Both the position numbers and the translations under genes were made by a program. Below the pieces are notes generated by a model that made no database searches, was not told where the DNA came from, and saw nothing but the letters and a program-made list of their open reading frames with translations. DNA of 64,000 bases from an uncultured bacterium (GTDB taxonomy: Bacteria > Bacillota_I > Bacilli_A > RFN20 > CAG-826): NCBI GenBank assembly GCA_949299395.1, contig CASGAB010000003.1:137-64136 (forward strand). Direction: 5' to 3'. Of the stretch, positions 1 to 7,602 are shown piece after piece; positions within the stretch are counted from its first letter, which is position 1, and every line of letters starts with the position of its first letter.

Positions 1-678
1 TCTTTATTTGCTATTTCTTTATTAGTTTCTTGTGGAACAACTAATAATGGTGAAAATAATAACAATGGAGATAATAATGGAGGAGAAGTAGAAAATCCAG
101 ATAATCCAACTGATCCTGATGAACCAACTGATCCAGAAGAACCTACTAATCCAGAAGAACCTACTAATCCTGTTGATCCTGAATTAAGTGAAAATAAGGT
201 CTTAATTGCTTATTTTACTAGAACCGGGGAAAGCTATAATGGGGATGTAATTACTAAAGGACATGTTGAAATTTTTAGTGAATATATTAATGAATTAATT
301 AATGATTCAACTTTATATAAAATTAACCCTACCGAAGAATATCCTTATTCTTATGAGGAAACAATTGAAAGAGCTAGAGAAGAAAGAAGTAATGATGCTA
401 GACCAACTATTGATGGATTAATTGAATCCATCAATGAATATAAATATATATTTGTAGGCTATCCAATTTGGAATGGTGTTGCTCCTCAAATTATTAAAAC
501 TTTCTTAGATAGTTTTGATTTTAGTGAAAAGACAATTATTCCTTTTGCAACTAGTGGATCTTCTTCTATTTCTTCTAGTATTAATGAATTAAGAAATACT
601 TATTCTTCATATAATTTTTTAGATGGATTAAGAATTACAGATTCAAGAATCAATAATGAAAGTAGTGCTAAAGAATAA
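1..678 (+). CDS. 5'-truncated lipoprotein flavodoxin (Flavodoxin_4-like) with Pro/Asn/Glu-rich linker; ends at a probably premature TAA
   Basis: Not in the ORF track; frame 1 translated by hand. Lipobox-like LLVSC, then a NNGEN/PTDPEEPTNP linker, then flavodoxin motifs KVLIAYFTRTG, YPYSYEE, IFVGYPIWNG and KTIIPFATSGSS. TAA at 676-678 is followed in frame by ITTWLDSLNL. Confidence 0.8.
   Translation, partial: SLFAISLLVSCGTTNNGENNNNGDNNGGEVENPDNPTDPDEPTDPEEPTNPEEPTNPVDPELSENKVLIAYFTRTGESYNGDVITKGHVEIFSEYINELINDSTLYKINPTEEYPYSYEETIERAREERSNDARPTIDGLIESINEYKYIFVGYPIWNGVAPQIIKTFLDSFDFSEKTIIPFATSGSSSISSSINELRNTYSSYNFLDGLRITDSRINNESSAKE
131..170 (+). repeat. 18-bp coding tandem repeat (ATCCAGAAGAACCTACTA x2.2)
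   Basis: Directly visible; encodes the PEEPTN linker repeats. Confidence 0.9.
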
Positions 679-738
679 ATAACTACTTGGTTAGATTCTC
701 TTAATTTAGATTTTAATAGTAGTGAAGGAGATAATGAT

Positions 739-1113
739 ATGATAGAAAATATTGAATATATTTATTTTTATATTAACGATAAAAAAGTAAGTATTACTTT
801 AAATAAAGATAATCTTACTACTTTAGATTTATTATCTTATCTTCCTTTAACTATATCTTTTAGTGATTTTAATAATACTGAAAAGATTGGTTATCTTCCT
901 AATAAATTAAAAGTAGATGATAATAGTAGAGGAAGTGAAGCAAATAAGGGTATGTTAAATTATTATATTCCTTGGGGCAATTTATGTTTCTTTTATAAAG
1001 ATTATTCTTATAGTAGTTCGTTAGTTAATATTGGAAAATTAACTAACGATAATGATTTATCTTTATTAAGTAATATAAGTGATAATACATCTATAAGAAT
1101 AGATGTTAAGTAA
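739..1113 (+). CDS. cyclophilin-like fold protein (Cyclophil_like family)
   Basis: Motifs LPLTISFSDFNNTEKIGYLP and YYIPWGNLCFFYKD; GGAG upstream; same frame as 1..678. Confidence 0.8.
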   Translation: MIENIEYIYFYINDKKVSITLNKDNLTTLDLLSYLPLTISFSDFNNTEKIGYLPNKLKVDDNSRGSEANKGMLNYYIPWGNLCFFYKDYSYSSSLVNIGKLTNDNDLSLLSNISDNTSIRIDVK

Positions 1114-1115
1114 TT

Positions 1116-1144
1116 ATAAAACCTGCATCAAATGTAGGTTTTAT
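1116..1144 (+). terminator. intrinsic terminator-like hairpin
   Basis: ATAAAACCTGCAT-CAA-ATGTAGGTTTTAT directly after the stop codon. Confidence 0.7.
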
Positions 1145-1270
1145 CTTATTAATATAGATATATCAAATATTAAGATAATATTAATTTTTAATTAAAATTG
1201 AATAAAATTGATTACTCGTAGCATGTTACTTTATGTAACTGGCATAAAGGGTCAGGCACTGAGTTCCTTT

Positions 1271-1319
1271 TATTAATAAGGTGAGAATTTTTTGCCCAAA
1301 AATTCTCACCTTATTAATA
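1271..1319. repeat. perfect 22-bp inverted repeat with 5-nt loop
   Basis: TATTAATAAGGTGAGAATTTTT-TGCCC-AAAAATTCTCACCTTATTAATA. Confidence 0.9.
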
Positions 1320-1413
1320 TTAGTTCGTGGGGAAAATTTAAAATTGCAGTTCAAGCTAGATTTATTAAAAATATTTGCTAATATTTATAAAGTTAAATTA
1401 AAGGATAAAAATT

Positions 1414-1821
1414 ATGAAAACTATTAATGTTGTTGCAGCTGCAATTATTCATGATAATAAATTACTTTTAACCGAAAGAGGTTATGGTAATTTTAAAGAT
1501 AAATGGGAATTTCCTGGTGGAAAAATTGAAGAAAACGAAACCATGGAAGATGCAATTATTAGAGAAATCAAAGAAGAACTTGATGCAAAAATTACTCCAA
1601 AAAAATATTTATGCAAAGTTGAATATGATTATGGAAATTTCTATTTAATAATGAATGTTTTTATTTGTTCACTCGATTCAGAAAATCTTAATTTTAAAGA
1701 ACATGAAGCAGCTAAATGGATCGACTTAAAAAAACTCGATAGCGATGTATCGAGTTTAGATTTATTACCTGCAGATGTTTTGGTTATACCATATTTAAAA
1801 GATTACTTAAAAAATAATTAA
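1414..1821 (+). CDS. MutT-like NUDIX (deoxy)nucleoside triphosphate pyrophosphohydrolase
   Basis: WEFPGGKIEENETMEDAIIREIKEEL Nudix box; VVAAAI N-terminus; LLPAD near the C-terminus. Confidence 0.9.
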   Translation: MKTINVVAAAIIHDNKLLLTERGYGNFKDKWEFPGGKIEENETMEDAIIREIKEELDAKITPKKYLCKVEYDYGNFYLIMNVFICSLDSENLNFKEHEAAKWIDLKKLDSDVSSLDLLPADVLVIPYLKDYLKNN

Positions 1822-4667
1822 TCATCGGTATCTAAAGTTAAATATTCATAAATATCTTGTCTTACTTCCTCATCTAGAAGAAGTTTAAAATGGACAAGAT
1901 TTTTATTTGTTTCAGTATCAAAAAAATTTTCTTTCTCAATAATTTTTGCTTCGCCTAAATAATAGAACCCTTCATCTTTAATTAACCTAAGATTTGATTT
2001 TTGAACAAAGATTCTTATTTTGCAAGTTCCGTTTTGAGCTAAACTAATTAATTTTTTAATTTCATTTGAATCAAGAGTTAAATTTGATCTTGATGACCAA
2101 TTTAAAAAGGATGGTGTAATAAATTTATCATGATATTTAATATCGTTTTGTTGTTTAGCATAATTAATAAAAATTGGGATAATTCCTTCTTTTTCTTTAA
2201 CTCTATATCCATAAATTGTGTTCGTATCGCCTCTATTAAGATTTGCGATTCGTGAAACATCGCCTCTTGAATATTTTTCAAATAAAACAAAGCTATTCGA
2301 TGAATTATAAATTTCTCTATTTGCTTTATGGGCATAACTTAAATTATCTTTTAGATATTTTATAAAAGTTTGATTATTGCAAATTTCATTAAGATCATTT
2401 GTTGGAATTATTCTAGTTTTTGACTCATCAGCAAACATTCCAAATTTCCACTTAATTTTTGTATCAAATGTATGCATTTCTAAAAAGTCTTGAATTCGAT
2501 CTTTTATGTAATCAGCTTTTTCATCTGGTTTAAGATAATATTGGCCTTTAAAAACAAGATCTTCAATAAGCTCTATATCGCATTTACGTTTTCCGTCAAA
2601 ACAATATTTAGAAAGATACATTAAGATTGACCTTTCTTTATTGTTAAGCATTTTTTCTGATGAAAAATCAATTTCATTTTTTGAAATCAAAAATTCATAA
2701 TAAGATTTATAGATTTGGTCATCTAAAAAAACGTTAACAGGAGTAGTTGCATATGTATCTAGCTCGATTAAAGTAGGAATATGATTTAATCTATTTTTTA
2801 TATCAAGATAAGATGAATAAATTTCTTTTTTACTATTTAATGTTGCATTATTAATGGATTTAAAAATATTTTCCTTAGCAATTTTATCAAATGCTATATT
2901 CGATAAACCTGGCATTATTTGTCTTGTAGCTCTAACAGCGTTTCCTTTATTCCAACTATCTTTGTTAAAAGCTTTAACAATATTAAAGTTTTTCTCATAA
3001 TTTCCAATAAAGTCGAGAACAACAACATAATCTTTATTTTCATATTTTCTTAACCCTCTTCCTAATTGTTGTAAGAAAACAATTGATGATTCAGTTGGTC
3101 TTAATAAAATTATTTGATTAACAGAAGGTATATCAACGCCTTCATTTAAAATATCTCTTGAAACAATAAAATCTAATGCGTTTTCATTATCTTCATCTTG
3201 TTCAAGTCTATTAATTGCATCTTCTCTAGTCTCAATACTATCAGCACCAGATAAAAATACTGAACGTTTTCCCGCAAGATTTAGTTTTCTTGATATTTCT
3301 GCACCAACTTCAACACTATTTGCAAACACTAAACATTTTAATCTATTACCTGAATAGCCGAAGTATTCGCTTTGATATAAGATGTGTTTGATTCTTTCGT
3401 CGCTTGTTAAAAGATTAAAATTAGATTTATCATCAATCGGAATATTATTAACACTTAAATCAGTTATACCAAAATATTTAAAAGGTACTAAGAAATCAAG
3501 ATCAAGAGCTTGCATTAATCTAATTTCATATAAAATATTATGGTCAAAAAGTTCATAAATATTGTAATTATCAGTTCTATCTGGAGTTGCACTCATTCCT
3601 AATAAAAATTTAGGCTCAAAATAATTAACGATATCTTGATAATGGTTTTCTCCGACTCTGTGAACCTCATCTATAATGATCATATCAAACTCATTTTTAT
3701 CAAATTTTAAGAGATTTTCTTTTTTATAAATTGTTGAATATGATGCAAAAATAAAATCAACATTATCAATTTCTTTTTTGGTACCGGAGAAAATAGCCAT
3801 TTTTTTATTTTCATTATGAAAAACTTTTTCGAAGGTTTCTTTTGCTTGATTAAGGATGGTTTCTCTATGAGTAATAAAAAGAAGCTTATTAACTTTAAAA
3901 GGATCAAGTTCTCTACAAGCAAATGCGCTTGCATAAGTTTTACCAGTACCAGTAGCACTAATTAATAATCCCCTTTCACCACCATTACTAATTAATTCAT
4001 TTAAGTTAAAAATAAATTGTTTTTGCATATCGTTTGGCTTAGGAACAACAAAAACTCTATTTTCTTCATTAGTTTTTCGAATGATTAGTTGAGCTTTATA
4101 ATCATCCGTATATTTTTCTAAAACTTCCTCAAGTGGAGTGGCTTTATAAAACATATTATTAAATTCTTTAATAACGCTTGAAATTGCTTTATTTTCAATT
4201 GTTCCTTTAATTAAAGAATTCCATTCTTTGTTAGAATTAATAGCACTGTCTGTTAAATTAGATGAACCGATAATAACGTTATATTGATCACCTTTTCTAA
4301 AAATATAACCTTTTGTATGGAAACCAATCCTGTCTTCTTCTGTTAAATAATACATTTTAGTTTCGATATTTTTACAACCTAAAAGTGTTTTTAAAGCCTT
4401 TGGTTCGCTAAAAGATAAATAATTTGTAGTTAAAACTTTACCCTTTACTCCTCGTTTTTCTGCTTCTTGTAAAGCGAGTTTTAGATTTGTTAAACCACCT
4501 TCTGTAATAAAAGCAACAGAAAAATAGAATTCATCACATTCATCTAAATATTTAATGATGTCTATAGAAACTTTTCTTTGTTTTTCATAGTCGTTATAAA
4601 TAAACTCATTTTGAGCATAATTTACGTGATCTGAATATTCTAAAATTTGAGATTCGAAGTCTTTCAT
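1818..4667 (-). CDS. PLD-nuclease / SF2 helicase / DUF3427 protein, SauUSI-like type IV (modification-dependent) restriction endonuclease
   Basis: PLD motif FHTKGY...IGSSNLT...NKEWN; Walker A ATGTGKT; DEVH; SATPDR; QQLGRGLRK; C-terminal Y-D-F..LNWSSR..IFVQK..FYYLG pattern; 949 aa. Confidence 0.8.
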   Translation of the reverse strand: MKDFESQILEYSDHVNYAQNEFIYNDYEKQRKVSIDIIKYLDECDEFYFSVAFITEGGLTNLKLALQEAEKRGVKGKVLTTNYLSFSEPKALKTLLGCKNIETKMYYLTEEDRIGFHTKGYIFRKGDQYNVIIGSSNLTDSAINSNKEWNSLIKGTIENKAISSVIKEFNNMFYKATPLEEVLEKYTDDYKAQLIIRKTNEENRVFVVPKPNDMQKQFIFNLNELISNGGERGLLISATGTGKTYASAFACRELDPFKVNKLLFITHRETILNQAKETFEKVFHNENKKMAIFSGTKKEIDNVDFIFASYSTIYKKENLLKFDKNEFDMIIIDEVHRVGENHYQDIVNYFEPKFLLGMSATPDRTDNYNIYELFDHNILYEIRLMQALDLDFLVPFKYFGITDLSVNNIPIDDKSNFNLLTSDERIKHILYQSEYFGYSGNRLKCLVFANSVEVGAEISRKLNLAGKRSVFLSGADSIETREDAINRLEQDEDNENALDFIVSRDILNEGVDIPSVNQIILLRPTESSIVFLQQLGRGLRKYENKDYVVVLDFIGNYEKNFNIVKAFNKDSWNKGNAVRATRQIMPGLSNIAFDKIAKENIFKSINNATLNSKKEIYSSYLDIKNRLNHIPTLIELDTYATTPVNVFLDDQIYKSYYEFLISKNEIDFSSEKMLNNKERSILMYLSKYCFDGKRKCDIELIEDLVFKGQYYLKPDEKADYIKDRIQDFLEMHTFDTKIKWKFGMFADESKTRIIPTNDLNEICNNQTFIKYLKDNLSYAHKANREIYNSSNSFVLFEKYSRGDVSRIANLNRGDTNTIYGYRVKEKEGIIPIFINYAKQQNDIKYHDKFITPSFLNWSSRSNLTLDSNEIKKLISLAQNGTCKIRIFVQKSNLRLIKDEGFYYLGEAKIIEKENFFDTETNKNLVHFKLLLDEEVRQDIYEYLTLDTDD

Positions 4668-4803
4668 ATCTAAAAATAATTATAACAGTGAGATTTTTTT
4701 TAAAGCTATTAACAAAGATAACTAAAAAAAATGTAATTGTGACAACCTATGAACTTAATTAATTTTTTGAGTGTTTTTAGGTATTCCTATTAAAGAAGTA
4801 GTG

Positions 4804-4970
4804 TGATATAAAATAAATATCTCCTTGTTACAAGAAACTTATAGATTTTGTAGTTTGTTGTGTTTCTTTCATTTTTCGTGGTTTTTCATATTTCAATACA
4901 ATAAAACCATACCTCCTTTCAAAAATATCTATCATTTAAAAATAATAATAAAATGGTAGATATTTTTATT
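4804..4970 (+). ncRNA. candidate small RNA with anti-SD and anti-start-codon motifs
   Basis: Extended -10 TGATATAAA at 4804; CTCCTT (4821) and ACCTCCTTTC (4911); internal hairpin 4878-4910; 17-bp terminal hairpin 4921-4967; no sizeable ORF. Confidence 0.4.
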
Positions 4971-4993
4971 ATTAAGTAAAATATGTATTAGTT

Positions 4994-5746
4994 ATGAATA
5001 TTGAAAAAAGAATATATCGTTATTTTATTAATGATAACAGCAATAATCCTTTAGTAATTATCTTTCCAGGAGGAGGATTTTCTTTTGTTGCAAGAAAAGG
5101 AGAGGGAAGTAGTGTTGCTAAAGAATTTAATAAATATGGATATAACGTTATTATTTATGACTATCTAGTTAAAGATAGTTTCATTAACACAATAACTAGT
5201 GTTAATGAATTATTCTTATATTTATTAAGGAATAAAGATAAGAATAATATAAATATTAATAACGGTGTTATTTTAGTAGGATTAAGTGCTGGAGCATATA
5301 CTCTTCTTTCTTATTTTAAAGATAAGAATAATATATTAATTAATAATAAAAATATTGATACAAAAGGAATCTTATTAGGGTATCCTCTTATTTCTATTAA
5401 GAACGATCTTACTCATAAAGGTAGTAAAGATTTTATATTAAAAGGTATTAATAATTATAATGATGATGATAATAATATTAATAGATTATATTCTTTAGAA
5501 GAATATTATGATGATATTAATAATATTTTTAATATTATTAATATCCCTATATTTATATATTCTTTTAAAGATGATCCATTAGTTAGTGTTTATAATTCTA
5601 GAATATTTAATGAATTATTAACTAAATATAAGTCTAATAAATATAAATATATTGAATATGAAGGGAGCTATCATGGAGTAGGAAGTGCTTTTAATACTCC
5701 AGCTCAAGATCGGATTAAAGAAGCTATAGATTTTTTAAATGATTAA
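4994..5746 (+). CDS. alpha/beta hydrolase (BD-FAE/esterase-like)
   Basis: IIFPGGGF oxyanion motif, GLSAG nucleophile elbow, LGYP, DDPLV and HGVG. Confidence 0.85.
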   Translation: MNIEKRIYRYFINDNSNNPLVIIFPGGGFSFVARKGEGSSVAKEFNKYGYNVIIYDYLVKDSFINTITSVNELFLYLLRNKDKNNININNGVILVGLSAGAYTLLSYFKDKNNILINNKNIDTKGILLGYPLISIKNDLTHKGSKDFILKGINNYNDDDNNINRLYSLEEYYDDINNIFNIINIPIFIYSFKDDPLVSVYNSRIFNELLTKYKSNKYKYIEYEGSYHGVGSAFNTPAQDRIKEAIDFLND

Positions 5747-5778
5747 ATAATTAATTAAATATATGCATATAGATATTC

Positions 5779-5815
5779 TCTTTCTGCATATTTTTTTATT
5801 TTTTATGCAGAAAGA
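5779..5815. terminator. 12-bp hairpin, likely terminator
   Basis: TCTTTCTGCATA-13nt-TATGCAGAAAGA after the esterase gene. Confidence 0.55.
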
Positions 5816-5866
5816 ACTATATAGAGATAGAAATAAGGGTTAATTTAATTTAAAATCATATAAGTT

Positions 5867-6544
5867 ATGAATATTGGTGTTATTTTAGCAACAGAAAAAG
5901 AATATTCTTCATTTAAGAAAGAATTTAATATAAAAGAAGAAAATAAAATTAACGATTTTCCCTTTGAAATCGTTAATTTTAATTATTTAAATCATAGTGT
6001 ATATGTATTAAATAGTGATATTGGTTTAATTAATGCTAGTAGTAGCGCTCAATATTTAATAGATAAATATAATATAGATTTAATTTTAAATATCGGAGCA
6101 TGTGGAGGATTAACTAGTGATACTCCTAAAAACACAATATTACTCGTTAAAAATGCTTTATATTATGATTTTGATCTTTCTTTAATTGATGGGGTAAAAC
6201 CTGCTCAATATCCAGGTTTTAAAGATGAATTTATTCCTTTAAGTAGAAAATATATTGATCTATTAAGTGAAAAATTAAATCTAAATACTATTAACTGTGC
6301 AAGTGGTGATAAATTTATTGCTGATAAAACTTTAATTAATCATTTAGTAAATGATTTTAAATGTGAAATCTGCGATATGGAAGTAGTAGCCGAAACTTTA
6401 ATAGCTATTAAAAATAAAATTGATATTATTTCAATTAAAATTGTTAGTGATAATGTTGATGCAAATGAATATGAAGAAAATGCTCTTTCATCAAATGAAA
6501 AATTAATGAAAGAAGCTAGAAAAATCTTTGAATTAATTCGATAA
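5867..6544 (+). CDS. mtnN: 5'-methylthioadenosine/S-adenosylhomocysteine nucleosidase
   Basis: IGVILA, IGLINAS, LNIGACGGL, SGDKFI, DME and IVSD motifs of the PNP_UDP_1/MtnN family. Confidence 0.8.
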   Translation: MNIGVILATEKEYSSFKKEFNIKEENKINDFPFEIVNFNYLNHSVYVLNSDIGLINASSSAQYLIDKYNIDLILNIGACGGLTSDTPKNTILLVKNALYYDFDLSLIDGVKPAQYPGFKDEFIPLSRKYIDLLSEKLNLNTINCASGDKFIADKTLINHLVNDFKCEICDMEVVAETLIAIKNKIDIISIKIVSDNVDANEYEENALSSNEKLMKEARKIFELIR

Positions 6545-6582
6545 TTTTATATATAAATAAATACTTAAAAAGTACTAGTTAT

Positions 6583-7008
6583 TTACTTATTAAGTCTTTT
6601 TAATAGATAATCATTCGCTTCTTTTAGAGTTTCTTTATCTAAATCATAGGTAATCTTTTTTATTGCCTCATCAAATGGTCGCCATTCAAAAGATTTGACT
6701 TCATCATCATGATTATCGACTGGAAAAAGGATGTTTTCTTTAGATTCAGCAACAAAAAAGACAACATCTTTAATAATTCCTTCAAAAGGAGAATAAGTTA
6801 TAATTTTTCTAAAATTAGTATCAATATTAACTTCAAGTGAAGTTTCTTCCTTTATTTCTCTAGTTGCAGTTTCTAGCTCTGTTTCATCATCTTCAACATG
6901 CCCTTTACATAAAGAAATATGACCAAAACCCATATGTAAAAGTAGATAATAAATCTCATTATCAACTATTTTATAGATTACGGCACCGCAACTTTTCTCT
7001 TTTTTCAT
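6583..7008 (-). CDS. NUDIX hydrolase (Ap4A hydrolase-like)
   Basis: EKSCGAVIY and the Nudix box KGHVEDDETELETATREIKEETSL. Confidence 0.85.
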   Translation of the reverse strand: MKKEKSCGAVIYKIVDNEIYYLLLHMGFGHISLCKGHVEDDETELETATREIKEETSLEVNIDTNFRKIITYSPFEGIIKDVVFFVAESKENILFPVDNHDDEVKSFEWRPFDEAIKKITYDLDKETLKEANDYLLKRLNK

Positions 7009-7089
7009 AAAAATTACCTATTTATTCAACATTTTTGTTTGATTTCTTTAAAAATTTATTTTATTATAACGATATCATTTTAACCGAAT

Positions 7090-7117
7090 GATGCCTTATT
7101 AGGCATCTATTTTTTTT
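7090..7117 (+). promoter_or_regulatory. leader terminator/attenuator of the rimP-nusA-infB operon
   Basis: GATGCCT-TATT-AGGCATC plus an interrupted U tract just before the rimP RBS; same position as the NusA-dependent ylxS/rimP leader terminator of Firmicutes. Confidence 0.65.
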
Positions 7118-7131
7118 GAAGGGGGAGTTAA

Positions 7132-7593
7132 ATGATTGACGTAAATTTAATTAAAGATAAAGTGAAGGCGAAATTAAGCGAAATTTCATATGACCTTTAT
7201 TCAATTAAATCGTATAACGAAAGAGGTGGAAGTATCTTAGAAATCGTTGTTGATCGAGATGAAAATATCGATCTAGATGATATTGTTGAAGTTTCTAATA
7301 CCTTATCAAGTTTACTAGATGAACTTATAATTGATGATACACCTTATACACTTGATGTTTCTTCTCTAGGCGCTGAAAAACCTATTGCCTTAGAAAAGCT
7401 TGATAAATATCAAGGAAAATACGTTAATGTCCATTTATCTCATCCATTTAAAGGTGAAAATACATTAGAAGGAGATTTAAAGGAAGTAAATGATGAGTTC
7501 GTAGTTCTTGCCTTTAAAGTAAAAACTCGAACAGTCGAAGCAAAAGTTAATCGAAAAGATATTGATAGAGCTAGATTAGCAATTAAATTTTAG
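7132..7593 (+). CDS. rimP: ribosome maturation factor RimP
   Basis: YTLDVSSLGAEKP motif, C-terminal ARLAIKF, position upstream of nusA. Confidence 0.95.
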   Translation: MIDVNLIKDKVKAKLSEISYDLYSIKSYNERGGSILEIVVDRDENIDLDDIVEVSNTLSSLLDELIIDDTPYTLDVSSLGAEKPIALEKLDKYQGKYVNVHLSHPFKGENTLEGDLKEVNDEFVVLAFKVKTRTVEAKVNRKDIDRARLAIKF

Positions 7594-7602
7594 GAGAAAA
7601 GT

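Noticed and set aside
676..678. Stop-codon reassignment (TAA read-through or genetic code 4)
   Set aside because: TAA ends most genes in the window and no gene needs an internal TGA. The single in-frame TAA is better explained as a mutation or sequencing error.
1214..1241. dif-like 28-mer ACTCGTAGCAT-GTTACT-TTATGTAACTG
   Set aside because: Only the right arm resembles a XerD site. Downstream genes point away from it on the + strand, which does not fit a replication terminus.
4890..4907. Minus-strand GTTTTATTGTATTGAAAT resembling the 3' end of a CRISPR repeat
   Set aside because: Single copy, with no spacers and no cas genes.
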